NCBI RefSeq assembly: GCF_006345805.1
Contig: NC_043002.1
Span: forward strand, 60,450,001 to 60,514,000
Source: Octopus sinensis
Lineage: Eukaryota
DNA: 64,000 nt
Reading direction: 5' to 3'
The notes below the pieces were generated by a model that was not told where the DNA came from, ran no database searches, and worked only from the letters and a program-made list of their open reading frames with translations. How positions within the stretch are numbered: the stretch's first letter is position 1; each line of letters opens with the position of its first letter. The translations under genes and the position numbers were made by a program. This document shows, piece after piece, positions 51,231 to 64,000 of the stretch.

Positions 51231-52005
51231 ATAGATTCATGGAAATATAAAGCTATTCAATGTAGGATATTGGATGTGATGTATATTATTAAATTCACAG
51301 AGATAATTTATAAAGAAATGTAAAGAACAAGAATAAAGAAAAGAAAAGAAAAAAATCAAATCAAAGCAAATAAGAATGGAATTCGCCTCCAACACCCCTC
51401 CTTTTCTCAACAGAAAAGAGAATATGGGACGTTATTATTAGAGCGCAAGTTAGTTATCACGAAACGTCATCCCCCTCTAGATAAGGTAAAATAAATTAAT
51501 TATATGAATCGCTTAACTTAATTAAGTCCCATATTTTGTTATCTGCACCAACCTTTCTATCGTTGAGAGATCGTTAATGATTTCTTGATTCCACCTGCAT
51601 CTGTTGGCCACTGAATTTCCTTATTGGATTATTGTTTAGTTTATACAGAATAATAAGGATTTTTGTACCGTCGGCAAAAAAGGCGTTAGAACGATTTTAT
51701 TGGATACTAACTGAATATGTTGGTGCAGAGCGGACGGTTTCGTAACCAGATTGTAAGATTTGTCTACGAGGTTTGTGTGTGTTATTGTGTGAGTGATTGC
51801 GTGTGTGTGTGTGTTTATGTGTGTGTGTGTGTGAGTGTGTGAGTGGGTACATACCGATATATATAGTATAGTAAGAATTTTTCTTATCAAACACATGGTT
51901 CCAGGTTCACTCCCACTGTGTGGTACTCTAAGCATGCGTCTACTATACCCTTGGAGCGAACAAAGACGCATCAATGGAATTGGTTGACAGAAACTGGAAG
52001 AAGCT

Positions 52006-52057
<52 letters not shown>

Positions 52058-52061
<4 letters not shown>

Positions 52062-52730
52062 GGGGTGGACAAAATAATGGAAAGTGCCTAGCATCATTGT
52101 ATCATAATATTGAAATATTTATAAAATCGTCAAAATCCTGTTTACTTTTATGTTTTTTTTATTTATTATTAGTGTTCCTTAATGTTTTGATAAAATTGAT
52201 GTTTCTTTTCAGATATCAGCAGAAAAAAAGGTAATTAAATTACATTAAAATGACAGATCTATCGGACTTTGAAAGAGGTCAAATTGTTGGTTTTCGTATG
52301 GCAGGCGCTAGCATAATTAAATCAACCGAAATGTCTCGTGTATTAAGATGTATTCTCCCTAAAATAATAACAGTCTTTGAGAAAGGGGGAAAAGCCCTCC
52401 TTATCGAAAGAAAACTCCGGAAGAGAACCAAATCATTCAGATAGTGACCGTCGGACTCTTAAACGAATTGTTAGAAAGGATCACAAAAGTACAGCTCCCA
52501 AAATTACTGCAGAGCTAAATGACTACCTCTAGAACACAATTTCCACAAAAACTGTTCGCCGGCAGCTGCACAAAGCCGGATTTCACGGGAGGGCTGCAAT
52601 CAGAAGAGCACTACTTTCAAAAACAAACTTGGCAAAGCGTTTAGAGTGGAGAAATAATCTACAGAATTGGTCCCTAGAGTAATGTTATTTTCTCGCACAT
52701 GTTATCCTTTACCTTATTTCCGACCACCGG
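52058..52730 (+). mobile_element. Tc1-like transposon 5' part
   Basis: TIR-like gggggtggacaaaataatggaaa after TA. MTDLSDFERGQIVGFRMAGAS; RRTLKRIVRKDHKSTAPKITAELN..TVRRQLHKAGFHGRAA. Confidence 0.88.
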
Positions 52731-53026
52731 AAAGCCGACCAAAGCCTTGTGAGTAGACTTGATAGACGGAAACTGAAGACCGATAGGTTACGAGAACATA
52801 ACAGATAAAGAGCGGTTGTCATGCGGTGAGAGAGACAACACGCGCACACTCGCCTCCCCCATAAGCACACAAACACATAACAACAGGCCACTTGCATAGC
52901 TTTGACAAAGCCGAGGCTATGGTAAAACACAGTTGGTGAAGGTGCCACGCGGTGGGGCCGAAGATAGCAGTATCAAGTTTGAGCACATTTCTCAGCACAC
53001 AACAGCGTCTTCAGCCCCCCATCCCC

Positions 53027-53058
<32 letters not shown>

Positions 53059-53092
53059 TATATATATATGCAGGCACACACAGACACACACA

Positions 53093-53124
<32 letters not shown>

Positions 53125-53334
53125 ACACACACACACAAACATAAATGTATTGCAAGGACAAAGAACAGTGAAGCCATTTTAAGGAGACAGAAATATCGCA
53201 ATGCAATTAATATGATAATACTTTAGAAGAAAAGATTTCTTTCGTTTGAACTTTTGAAAGAAACAAAGGAAATGAAAATGAGTGAGAACGACAACCTGAC
53301 AATAATCAGTAGGGGGAGACTCGGCCGAATATAG

Positions 53335-53486
53335 TGGCTGTATGGTAAGAAGCTTGCTTCCCAACCACATGGTTCCGAGTTCAGCTTCACTGCGTGGCAA
53401 TTTGGTTGAATGTCTTCTAATGTAAACTCGGGCCGACCAAATTCTTGTGTCGGATTTGGCAGACGGAAAATGAAAGAAGCTCGTTG

Positions 53487-53584
<98 letters not shown>

Positions 53585-53790
53585 ATATTATATATGTATA
53601 TATGTTATTTGTATCTGTGTGCCCCCCCCCCCACCATCTCTCGACAACCGACGTGTGTATGTTTACGTTTCCATCAATTAGCGGTTCGGCCAAAAGAGAC
53701 CATAGAATAAGTACTAGCCTTACAAATGATTAGTCATGGGGTCCATGGCTGCAATCAAATGAGAGAAACACCTAAATAATAAAACGATAA
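53335..53790 (+). mobile_element. SINE family A with expanded internal (CA)n(TA)n
   Basis: gtggctgtatggtaagaagcttgcttcccaaccac head through the ttagcggttcggc..gaataagtact tail. Confidence 0.8.
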
Positions 53791-54287
53791 AAGTATACAA
53801 ACACACTCATATATATGAATATATATATATTCTTTTATTCTTTTACTTCTTTCAGTCATTTGACTGCAGCCATAGGTAGAACAGAAAAGGCACAACAAAG
53901 GGTAACTGGCAAAATACAACATGCGGAAAAAAGAACGATAGCACGATAACGGCGAATAGGACAATGGAAGATATACGGTTCATTCGCAGCCAATTGCCTC
54001 CTCAGTTGTAGTCCGCAATGTCTACGTAGGTTCGCCTTCTTATCTTCGGTACTACTCTAAACCTGCGGGCCAGGGAGCTAAGCTAAAGCCATTATACCCA
54101 TGGGTAAGGCAAACGAATGTATATCTATATATACGAAAACAAATAAGTAAATATCAAAACGGGTCTTTCGACAATCGGACGAGGGTAATATATGAAATAG
54201 AATTAGACATCTATAATGGACAAACCCCTTTCGGCTTTATACAATAAAAGGAAAATTATTATACAATGACACGCGATATGTATATAC

Positions 54288-54377
<90 letters not shown>

Positions 54378-55089
54378 ATATATATATATATATTAATAAA
54401 TGAAATAAAACATATGCATATATATAAACATATATGTACGTACCTACCTCTATATGTACATATACACGCATATATGGGTACAGGACACCAAAGGGACGTC
54501 GAACACAAAGAGAAACGAAAACATAGACACAAACCAAAGGAACTGGACATTTTTTTAAAAACAACAAAAAATGGAGTACAGGACAATTAACATATATATA
54601 TGATGGGCTTCCTTCAGTTCACCAGATCCACTCAGAAGGCCTTGGTCAGCCCGAGGCTATAATAGCAGACACATACCCAAGGTGCCACGTGGTTGGGAAG
54701 CAAGATTCTTACCACACAGCCAAAATATTCGGCCGAGTCTCCCCCGACTGAATATTGTCACTTTGTCGCTCTCACCCAATTTCATTTTCTTTGTTTCTGT
54801 CAAAAGTTCAAACGAAAGAAATGTTTTCTTCCAAAGTTTTTAAATATCAATTGCATTAAGATAATTCTGTCTCCATAAAATGTGTGTGTGTCTCTGTGTG
54901 TGCGTGCATGTATATATATATTATATACACATATATATGTATTGGTGAATACGCTGCTGTGTGGAGAGAACTGTGCTCAAACTAATTGCCCCTGTAGCAC
55001 CTTCACCAATTGCCTTTTACTTAACCCGGCTTTGTCAAAGCTATGTAAGTGACCTGCTGTTATGTGTATGTGTTTGTGTTTGTGTGCAG

Positions 55090-55178
<89 letters not shown>

Positions 55179-55628
55179 CAGATAGATAGATAGATAGATA
55201 GATAAGTAGATAAATAGATATATAGATAGGTAGATAGATAGATGGATATATAAATATACATACGACAGGGATCTTTAAGTCTCCATATCATGATTTGGTA
55301 TGGAGAATTAAATCCCACTACCAGCATTTGGTCGGTCTGTGGTTATAGATTACTTAGATTATTTGGATAAGCCATGTCTAATTTAGTAGCACCACCTGGA
55401 AGTGACTGTTCGAAAAGTTCTTTTCTTTTTTTTGTTTTTGTGCGTTCTCCTCTCTGTTTATGCATATATATATATGCATTATATATATGTATATATATAT
55501 ATATATATCACAATCAAGGAACGGCCATAATAGGCCATTCACCCACTAGAAATAACAGCCAAAGCTTCAACCGCAAAATAACATCAATTCCGTAAACCAG
55601 GAGAAAATTAAAAAACATTTACCCTGTA

Positions 55629-55734
55629 ATTTCTTATACGATGCACCGTTTCATCTACTGTTTAATGGTAAACTAACCTGATTAAATTAAATCAATCCAA
55701 TCTTCCATAGGCCCTTAGAATCATCAGTAAGAAT
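55629..55734 (-). ncRNA. Type I hammerhead ribozyme (inverted copy)
   Basis: Reverse complement of 56611-56717. CUGAUGA at 55727-55721. Confidence 0.85.
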
Positions 55735-56610
55735 AGCCAAGTCGGAACAGATATTTTCACGAGGCATTTCCGTCCCTGCCTCGGCAATATCTGACCTAAA
55801 ATTTTCAAATCATCGCACTCGCGCCAAATTTATCGGCAGCAAATAAATATAAGCCGCCGATTCCATTACGGAATTAACCAGAAAATTCATAATTAATCAA
55901 TATAGGGTGGCAAAAAATTTTGTAGAATTTTTTTGCCACCAGCGGCCTAGTGGGAAAAAATTCAATAGTCATATACCATTTTTAAGTTCAACATCACAAT
56001 CAAGGAACGGCCATAATAGGCCATTCACCCACTAGAAATAACAGCCAAAGCTTCAACCGCAAAATAACATCAATTCCGTAAACCAGGAGAAAATTAAAAA
56101 ACATTTACCCTGTAATTTCTTATACGATGCACCGTTTCATCTACTGTTTAATGGTAAACTAACCTGATTAAATTAAACAGTAGATGAAACAGATTAAACA
56201 GTAGATGAAACGGTGCATCGTATAAGAAATTACAGGGTAAATGTTTTTTAATTTTCTCCTGGTTTACGGAATTGATGTTATTTTGCGGTTGAAGCTTTGG
56301 CTGTTATTTCTAGTGGGTGTATGGCCTATTATGGCCGTTCCTTGATTGTGATGTTGAACTTAAAAATGGTCTATGACTATTTAATTTTTTCCCACTAGGC
56401 CGCTGGTGGCAAAAAAATTCTACAAAATTTTTTGCCACCCTATATTGATTAATTATGAATTTTCTGGTTAATTCCGTAATGGAATCGGCGGCTTATATTT
56501 ATTTGCTGCCGATAAATTTGGCGCGAGTGCGATGATTTGAAAATTTTAGGTCAGATATTGCCGAGGCAGGGACGGAAATGCCTCGTGAAAATATCTGTTC
56601 CGACTTGGCT

Positions 56611-56717
56611 ATTTCTTACTGATGATTCTAAGGGCCTATGGAAGATTGGCTTGATTTAATTTAATCAGGTTAGTTTACCATTAAACAGTAGATGAAACGG
56701 TGCATCGTATAAGAAAT
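56611..56717 (+). ncRNA. Type I hammerhead ribozyme with long stem II
   Basis: AUUUCUUA-CUGAUGA(56619-25)-U-UCUA..UUGGCUUGAUU/AAUCAGGUUAG..UAGA-U-GAAA(56694-97)-CGG(UGCA)UCG-UA/UAAGAAAU. Cut after 56709; perfect 8-bp stem I. Confidence 0.9.
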
Positions 56718-56961
56718 TACAGGGTAAATGTTTTTTAATTTTCTCCTGGTTTACGGAATTGATGTTATTTTGCGGTTGAAGCTTTGGCTGTTATTTCTAG
56801 TGGGTGAATGGCCTATAATGGCCGTTCCTTGATTGTGATGTTGATATTAAAAATGGTCTATGACTATTTAATCTTTTCCCACTAGGCCGCTGGTGGCAAA
56901 AAAATTCTACAAAATTTTTTGCCACCCTATATTGATTAATTATATATATATATATATATAT

Positions 56962-59522
56962 ATCAAAATAGGCAACAAGGATATCCATAGGTAATGCAGA
57001 ACGATCGTTGCATGCGACTCCATTTAATTGAACAATGCAATCATTTCATCAATTTAAAATGTAGGGCTATCTTCAACTGCATAAAAATATAGAATTTAGT
57101 TAAATCCGAAGGGTTCATTTGCATAGTTTTCTTATCCAAAATCACAAAGCGGATAAGTAGACAGACAGCGAACATGTTTTATCAACAACATCATAGTTAT
57201 AAGTGAGATGTTTTCGAAGGAAGACACTGCTTATCATTGAGATGATATTTGTTATTCAGATTTACTAGTGGTGGGGAGTTAGTTTTAATTTATAGACTGG
57301 TTTATCAAGTCTAATAGAAACTAGAATCTATCCTTTATGGATAGGATAAAAAGACAGCATAATTAAATCTCAGAATGAGATTGAAACAGTAATCGCTCGA
57401 TAATGTAAAGTATAGAAGCCATCTTATCATGGCTAACCACATTGGGGAGGGGGTGTTACTGTAGCTTTATAGCCCCAAGAGATCGTCGTCTCTAGCTGGC
57501 TTACAGTTTAATTTGAAGTAAAAACGATTTGGTCCAGTAAGAATATAATTCAGCTAAGTTTGCAGGCTAAAGCTGCAGGGGTAGGGAGAGTAAAATATAT
57601 ACCATTAGCTATTTGACAACTATAAAAGCAATGTTAGATACATTTTAGTGTTGTTTTAAAAAAAATCAATTAGAAGAATATTTCAGAATATTTTCAGAAC
57701 TATCAGAAGAATGGAGAATATAGAAATAATTCCATATTTATATATTTCTATACTAACTTAATATATATTTATAGTTAATTATTAAATAGTAATTTTTGGT
57801 ATTAATAAAGGAAAATTAAGTTAAAGGAATATGTTAAAAATTTATATATTATATGTTGACTTTATTTAGAGCATATTTCTTATATTATAAAATGAACTGT
57901 GAATTACACCAGTATAGTTTTATATAAGTTAAGTATGAAATTTATAGAGATATATTATAAATAAATAAAATGTTATAGTGAGTAAATAGGTAAGAAATTG
58001 GTTTAAAATTAAAGTAAAGAAATGAAAATGAATATAATAAAAATATAAATCTTTGTAGAATGTTATAGACAAGGGGTAGAACAGATTTTTTATCCAAAAA
58101 CTTATAAGATATACTTAGCTTATTTATACTAATAGGTAAGGTAAGTTGTTAGAATAAATTTCATAATTTTATAATTTCTAGACTAAAAATTATATTTACT
58201 TATCATGAGGATATCTATAAATGAGTAGTGTTTAATGCCGGGAAAAGAAAAGATCAAGTTATTGGACAAAAATTATATTATGAACAAAACTGTTATAAAA
58301 TTATGGGTTTTATTTTAGATTTAAGAAAATGCTATTATTAATCCTAACATGATAATTTATAATTTTTTAATTGGTACCTATGAAATTATATATAATATAT
58401 TTTTATAAAGTTTTCTAATACATACAAAGATCATGAGGGTAGAGCGATTTGAGAGAAAGAGAGAAGAAGTAATTTCTCAAAAAAGTTAAATAATATTATC
58501 TATTTTTATCAGGTTGTAAATATCAATTAAGGAGATTTAGAAGGTTTTTTAAGAGGATATTCCAAGTATATAAGATATTAATTGACTCACATACCAAATC
58601 CTTAAATAACAATGGAAGGGAGATAACCAAAAATGCAAATAAAAAATAAAGACAAATAGAATTATTATTTTGGAAATCTTTTATTTTATATTAAGAGTAC
58701 AGTATGGTTATATGGGGTATAATAATTTAGGCTTATATAAAGGAATTATTATAATATCGAAAAAAGATTAGGTGGAGTAGAATCATCGTAGAAATAGATG
58801 TGAGAATTACCAAATCCTTAAAATTATTGTGGAGTAACTATACAACTTATTAACTTCATTAGATATATAGAATTTATGCAATAATTTAAAAAGTTTTTTA
58901 AATACTTTATTCAACTTTATTCAATTTGTCTATGTTATTAAATTTCTTAATATCTAGTGCTGATTAAATAATTAATATAGCAGGATATGCTATTACTGCA
59001 TTGATTTTTTAAAAAGTCAATAGGTAAATATTATGATTTAAAATTCAGGAATAAGAAAATGCTATTTTCTAAAATATTTAAAGGTACGGGTAGGACAATG
59101 TATTCACGATACCCCTGGTTCTAAACGGGGATTTAATAAGTTTACATTATCCCTATGTTTCAAAATTTCATATATCAGTGTCTTCTTTTGAAAAAATCTC
59201 AGCTATAACTATGATGTTGTTGATAAAACATCTACTTTGTGATTTTGGATAATAAGAAGTATATACAAATGAATCATTCGTATTTAACTAAATTCTATAT
59301 TTTTATGCAGCTGAAGCTTGCTCTACATTTTAAATTGAGGTACTATTTGCATTGTTCAATTAAATGGAGTTGCAAGAAACGATCGTACTGCATTACCTCT
59401 GGATATCCGTGTTGCTTATTTTGATGATAATCACATCATTTTGAATTATATGGATAATACCATACTAAATTCTGGTTCCTTAATCTTAAGTACCATATTC
59501 ATCTGAATCAAAGTCTTACTGA
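56962..59522. mobile_element. Decayed PLE with ~265-bp inverted HHR-bearing arms
   Basis: 56962-57229 is inverted relative to 59176-59426. HHR at 59305-59393: AUGCAG-CUGAAGC..GAAACGAUCGUA/CUGCAU. The AT-rich interior has weak PLE N-terminal-like peptides (SYKFL..YNI, NIAFI) on minus. Confidence 0.75.
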
Positions 59523-59539
59523 ACATATATATATATATA

Positions 59540-60107
59540 CGAGGGTGAGTCAAAAAGTAATGTGATTTTGTTTAGGACATGTATAAGTACCAGCACATGA
59601 TCATATATCATACATCAGAATGAAGCTAGTCCTATGTGGATCACATCCCCACTTCTCAACATAGTCACAGTTTCTCTCAATAGTGATGTTCCACCTTCGA
59701 ATGAGAGCATGTATCCCTGCCCAGTAAAATTCTGTTGACTGTTCTTTGAGCCACATCTTCACTACAGTTTTCACTTCTTCATCACTGGAATAATGTTTGC
59801 CTCTGAAACCCTCTTTCATGGGGCCGAAGAGATGATTGTCTGAAGGCGCTAAATTATTCCACTGACGAGAAAGTGAAAACTGTTGTGAAGAAATAGCTCA
59901 AAGAACCGTCAACAGAATTTTATGGGACAGAGAAACATGCTCTCATTTGAAGGTGGAACATTGCTATTGAAAGAAACGGTGACTATTTTGAGAAGTAGGG
60001 ATGTGATCCAGAGAGGACCAGCTTTATTTTGATGTATGATACATATTCCTGTGTTGGTAATTATACCTGTCATAAACAAAGTGGCATTACTCTTTGACTC
60101 ACCCTCG
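59540..60107. mobile_element. Palindromic mariner derivative made of two transposon 3' ends
   Basis: TA|cgagggtgagtcaaa ... tttgactcaccctcg|TA. Both halves encode the transposase C-terminus (HYSSDEEVKTVVKMWLKEQSTEFY..RWN..IERNCDYVEK). Confidence 0.88.
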
Positions 60108-60304
60108 TATATATACATGCGTATAAATGTGATAATCTTTACTATCGAGGGAGATATTATTCATATATATATATATGTGTGTGTGAGTATGTATGGCTGT
60201 GTGCATTCTTGGGGGTCGTTTTGTGCGTGTCTGATTATTGGCTTCTATCAAAAGTAATCTCAGGCACAAAGTATTTAATATAATTTGAACTCGGTCGGTG
60301 ATGA

Positions 60305-60631
60305 CGGTGAAAAGTGTTTCAGGTGATCCGACTGGCGGAACATTGCGCCTCCACAACCACTGGGCCATCCCGTTTTCTGTGGAGTATCTGTTCCCCCAGC
60401 TGGACGGGACTCCAGTCCATCGCAGCATTAGTCAAGAAACAGGAAGAGAGAGTGAGAGAAAGTTGGGGCGAAAGAGTACAACATGGGTCACTACCACCCG
60501 CTGCCGGAGTTTCGTGGGGCTTTTGGTGTTTGTTTTCGCTCAATAAACACGCACAACACCCGTCTGGAAATCGAAACCACGATCCTCCGACCGCGAGTCC
60601 GCTGCCCTAACCACTGGACCATTGCGCCTCC
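60305..60631 (-). mobile_element. SINE family C
   Basis: ggaggcgcaatggtccagtggttagggcagcggactcgcgg..ggtttcgatttcc. Confidence 0.82.
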
Positions 60632-61154
60632 ACTTTGAAAAAAAAATTTTTTGATATGACTAGTTGTTTGGGATGTTTTTTATTTATATAAGTTACAAAT
60701 TGGAGGTAAAATTTGACGGGTGGGGAACAGTGGTCAGTGGAGTGGTAGTCATGGCGGGTGGAGAGAATCAGATCAATTGTTTGTGGGGGTGGTGGCGGGG
60801 AACAGTACCACATCTGTGGTACTGTGCAACAGGCTGAGCACCCTACAGACACGCGTACCCTTAATGTAGATTTCAGGGAGTTTCAGCGTAACAGAGACCC
60901 TGATACAACTGAAGGAGCACATCAACAGAGAAATCAGAGAAGTGGGCTCTGAAACTCTTGAGGGTGTTATGGTGCAAGCTTTGGAAATAGCACGGGCGTG
61001 CGAAGCCGAAAATGGTTATTATTTAAGCCATGTCGTTTTTCATATGTGATGTAATGGTGTTTGAAACTTTGATTCATGCATATTAATTTCCATTATTACC
61101 TTTATATTGCATCAACATTTCATCCATTTATTTGTAAAGTTTAGGAAGTTATTA

Positions 61155-61233
61155 AAAGTTGAAACACACATTTACACACACACACGCACACACACACACA
61201 CACCACACACACACACACACACACACCACACAC

Positions 61234-61267
<34 letters not shown>

Positions 61268-61280
61268 GATATATATATGG

Positions 61281-61373
<93 letters not shown>

Positions 61374-61388
61374 GTGTGTTTCAACTTT
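61155..61388. repeat. Foldback: unique 18-mer + (CA)n ... (TG)n + inverted 18-mer
   Basis: aaagttgaaacacacattt at 61155 mirrored by aaatgtgtgtttcaacttt ending at 61388. Confidence 0.8.
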
Positions 61389-61727
61389 CAAATATATATA
61401 TAGTGCCTTATTTAACACACTCACTGGTTCGATTTCCACTCATTTAGTTATTTCTTTTTTCTAAAATTGTCGTTGCGCCTTGCAACCATTCCAATAGTCG
61501 TTGACTCTGAAATAAGTAAATGAGAGGTAATCGAACCGATGAATGTGTTAAATAATAAGGCACTAAGAGAGAATAACTCCCCGGACACAATAAAATATGC
61601 TTCAACGCACGGATTCACAGAATGAATCTTGCAAGCGAAATACAAAAGCGAAATATTTGTGTAAGCGTGTGTATGTGTGTGTGCGTATTCATGTTCATTT
61701 TTTCGTATGTATGTAAGTATGTATGTA

Positions 61728-61758
<31 letters not shown>

Positions 61759-62614
61759 ATGTATGTATGTATGTATGTATGTATGTATGTGTGTATGTAT
61801 GTATGTACAATTACAAAAAACGGTCCTCTTATCAATGTTTATTCTATTGATATGCGTTTATGGATTTGGTTTCATTCTGGAATTAGATGACGTGGTTGAA
61901 CCAATGTCCGTGTCGATATAGCAGTTAATGACATTTCGTTGTTTGATTTCAAACGGTAAAAAAAATACTGAATTCCCCCACTACCACCACTACCGCAACC
62001 AGGATTTAGGCTTAGTGCTATGTAAAGCTGTTTTAACGTTAAGCTTCATTGCTAATGGCTGAGCAGAATCCCTATGTCAATATTCGAAATATTTGATTGT
62101 TTCACATCGAATTATCAACTTCGTTGTCAATGTTATTTCTAAGAGCGGTTTCAAATTCTGGCACAGGTCCAGCAATGTTTGGAAGAGGGAGAAGTCAAGT
62201 ACATCGACCCCAATACTTGACTGCTACTCAGTTACTTTACCGACCCCGAAGGGAAGAAAGCAAAGTCGACTTCAGCGGAATTTGAGCTCACAAAAGCAAA
62301 GAAAGTTAACTCAGTCTGAAGACTGTGTCTCGCTGTTCTTTCTTGTGGCATTCTAATCCCATGTCTGTTCTATTGGGGTTATGACCTCTGAAACTCATAA
62401 AGGAGCGGCTTGGTTCTGAGAGACCTGCCCATCTCTAAGCTACAAACTCAGTTCAGGGATGTTACCCCAGTTACCGTTTAGAGGAACCTATTTTGGCCGC
62501 TTGCATTCGCTATCGATTTGATGATAGCAAGTTTGGATTTATTTTTACCAGTTTCTAAACCGCTACAATTATAAGAGCATGTGGTTTTGTTTGAAAAAAG
62601 AACCCAAAAATCTA

Positions 62615-62925
62615 TTGTATGGTAAGAAGTTTGCTTCCTAACCACATGTTTCCGGGTTCAGTCCTATTGCGTGACAATTTAGACAGATCTCTTCTACTAT
62701 AGGCAGAGGCCGACCAAAGACTCATTATACATGTGTGAGAGTTTGTGCATGTGTGTGTTTGTTTTCTCTACATCAATCCCTTGAAAACGGTGTTGTAGTG
62801 TTTACAACCCTTTAAAATAAGTACCGCGCATTGCAAAAAATGCACTCTTTCGACTTCAACATTCCAAGGAGATGCTCCACCAGGGCCGTAGTCTAACAAC
62901 CGAAACAAATAAAAGATAAAAGAGA
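62615..62925 (+). mobile_element. Diverged SINE family A
   Basis: tgtatggtaagaagtttgcttcctaaccacatg..gggttcagtcc..cttctactatag..ggccgaccaaag..aaaagataaaag. Confidence 0.7.
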
Positions 62926-63630
62926 TCCAGATAACTTGGAATATACAAAATACAATAAATAAGACTTTCTGTCTTCCACTAGATCTCTGTCCCTTTTATA
63001 AAGTCTCATGCTCTGAGCTCTAATACCACTGATTTCATTTCGATTTTCACGTTATGAGTGTCGAGAACAAATGTCGTATCAGGGAGGTGATATCATCCAT
63101 CACATCCTTCATCCACTGTTGTGAAATTTTTTCTTTCTTCTTTTTATTTTGCAAGCAAACTTAATTTAAAAAAACGGATATTTATTTTTAGCTTAAGTAC
63201 AAAGGCATTTACTTTGCTGTTCACTGAGTTCTGATTATTTATCCCTATTAGAAAGCTGTGAAATTTGTTGGAAAAATAAATAATATCAACCGAAAAACGA
63301 TATGCAAAATGACAATTAAGATGACTTTATTCTATTACAATCAGAGTATTGGAAGATGCATTATCTATATATCAATAAATTAATTTAGATATGACAAGCA
63401 AGCTACAACGAGAACAAAGAAATTGATGTTACGTATAGTATTAGATTAAATTTCAACATCAAATATATACGAGAAACAATGAAATTATGTAGTATATAGA
63501 TTTTAAAAATGAACAAAACCTCCTACGCAGTGTGCTGATGATATATGTGAGATATATATATATAAGTGACACTAGCATACTACTGTGTAGAGATATACAT
63601 AGATACATACATACATACACACACACACAC

Positions 63631-63661
<31 letters not shown>

Positions 63662-64000
63662 TATATATACATATATATATATAACAACCCCTCCACACAC
63701 CAACCGTGTTCAGTTCCACCACGTGGCACCCTGGGCAATTGTTTTCTAGAGCCGCGGCCGATCAAAGTTTTGTGAATGGATTTGGTAAACGGAAACTAAA
63801 AGAAGCCTGCCGCTTTAGAAGGATTAAGCTAAGGATTAAGGTTGTTGAAAACCCAAGCAACCCTATAAAATCTATAATTGGTAGAACCTATCCTTTTAGT
63901 AGAACCCCCTGTACGGATAAGTTCTGTACTGTATGTAGATTTAGCCCAGAAACAAACTGTAAAGCCAGAAATGTAGTCTATAGTATAAGATGTATAGAGG

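Larger units (their letters stand above)
55507..56940. mobile_element. Retrozyme-like array: ~487-nt HHR unit, ~1.4 copies (-) joined to ~1.5 inverted copies (+)
   Basis: Period is 486 on the left (55637/56123) and 487 on the right (56222/56709). Inversion junction 56173-56195. (TA)n flanks. Confidence 0.9.

Noticed and set aside
53970-54015. Minus-strand CUGAGGA..GAACCGUA
   Set aside because: No GAAA and no consistent stem I.

Overview
AT-rich, microsatellite-dense eukaryotic DNA, probably intergenic or intronic. The SINE/LINE repertoire looks like a coleoid cephalopod (Octopus-like); this is an inference from repeat content only. No host protein-coding gene is supported. The only long ORF (9021-12725, minus) belongs to a near-intact R4/Dong-clade RT+RLE non-LTR retrotransposon whose 3' end abuts a (TAA)n tract. 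The rest is decayed LINEs (Dong, HERO-like, RTE, CR1-like), Penelope-like element (PLE) remnants, Helitrons, mariner/Tc1/piggyBac fragments and several tRNA-derived SINEs. The main signal is a dense set of type-I hammerhead ribozymes (HHRs), more than 10 full or decayed copies from several unrelated sequence families, folded here by eye. They sit in non-coding retrozyme-like units, mostly inserted in (TA)n tracts. Examples are a ~487-nt unit in tandem plus inverted arrangement (55507-56940), a 360-nt terminally redundant unit with a U3-A8 core (26494-26977), palindromic HHR pairs, and a tRNA-headed SINE with a minimal PLE-type HHR (37647-38268, 47139-47450). Boundaries of decayed elements are approximate.
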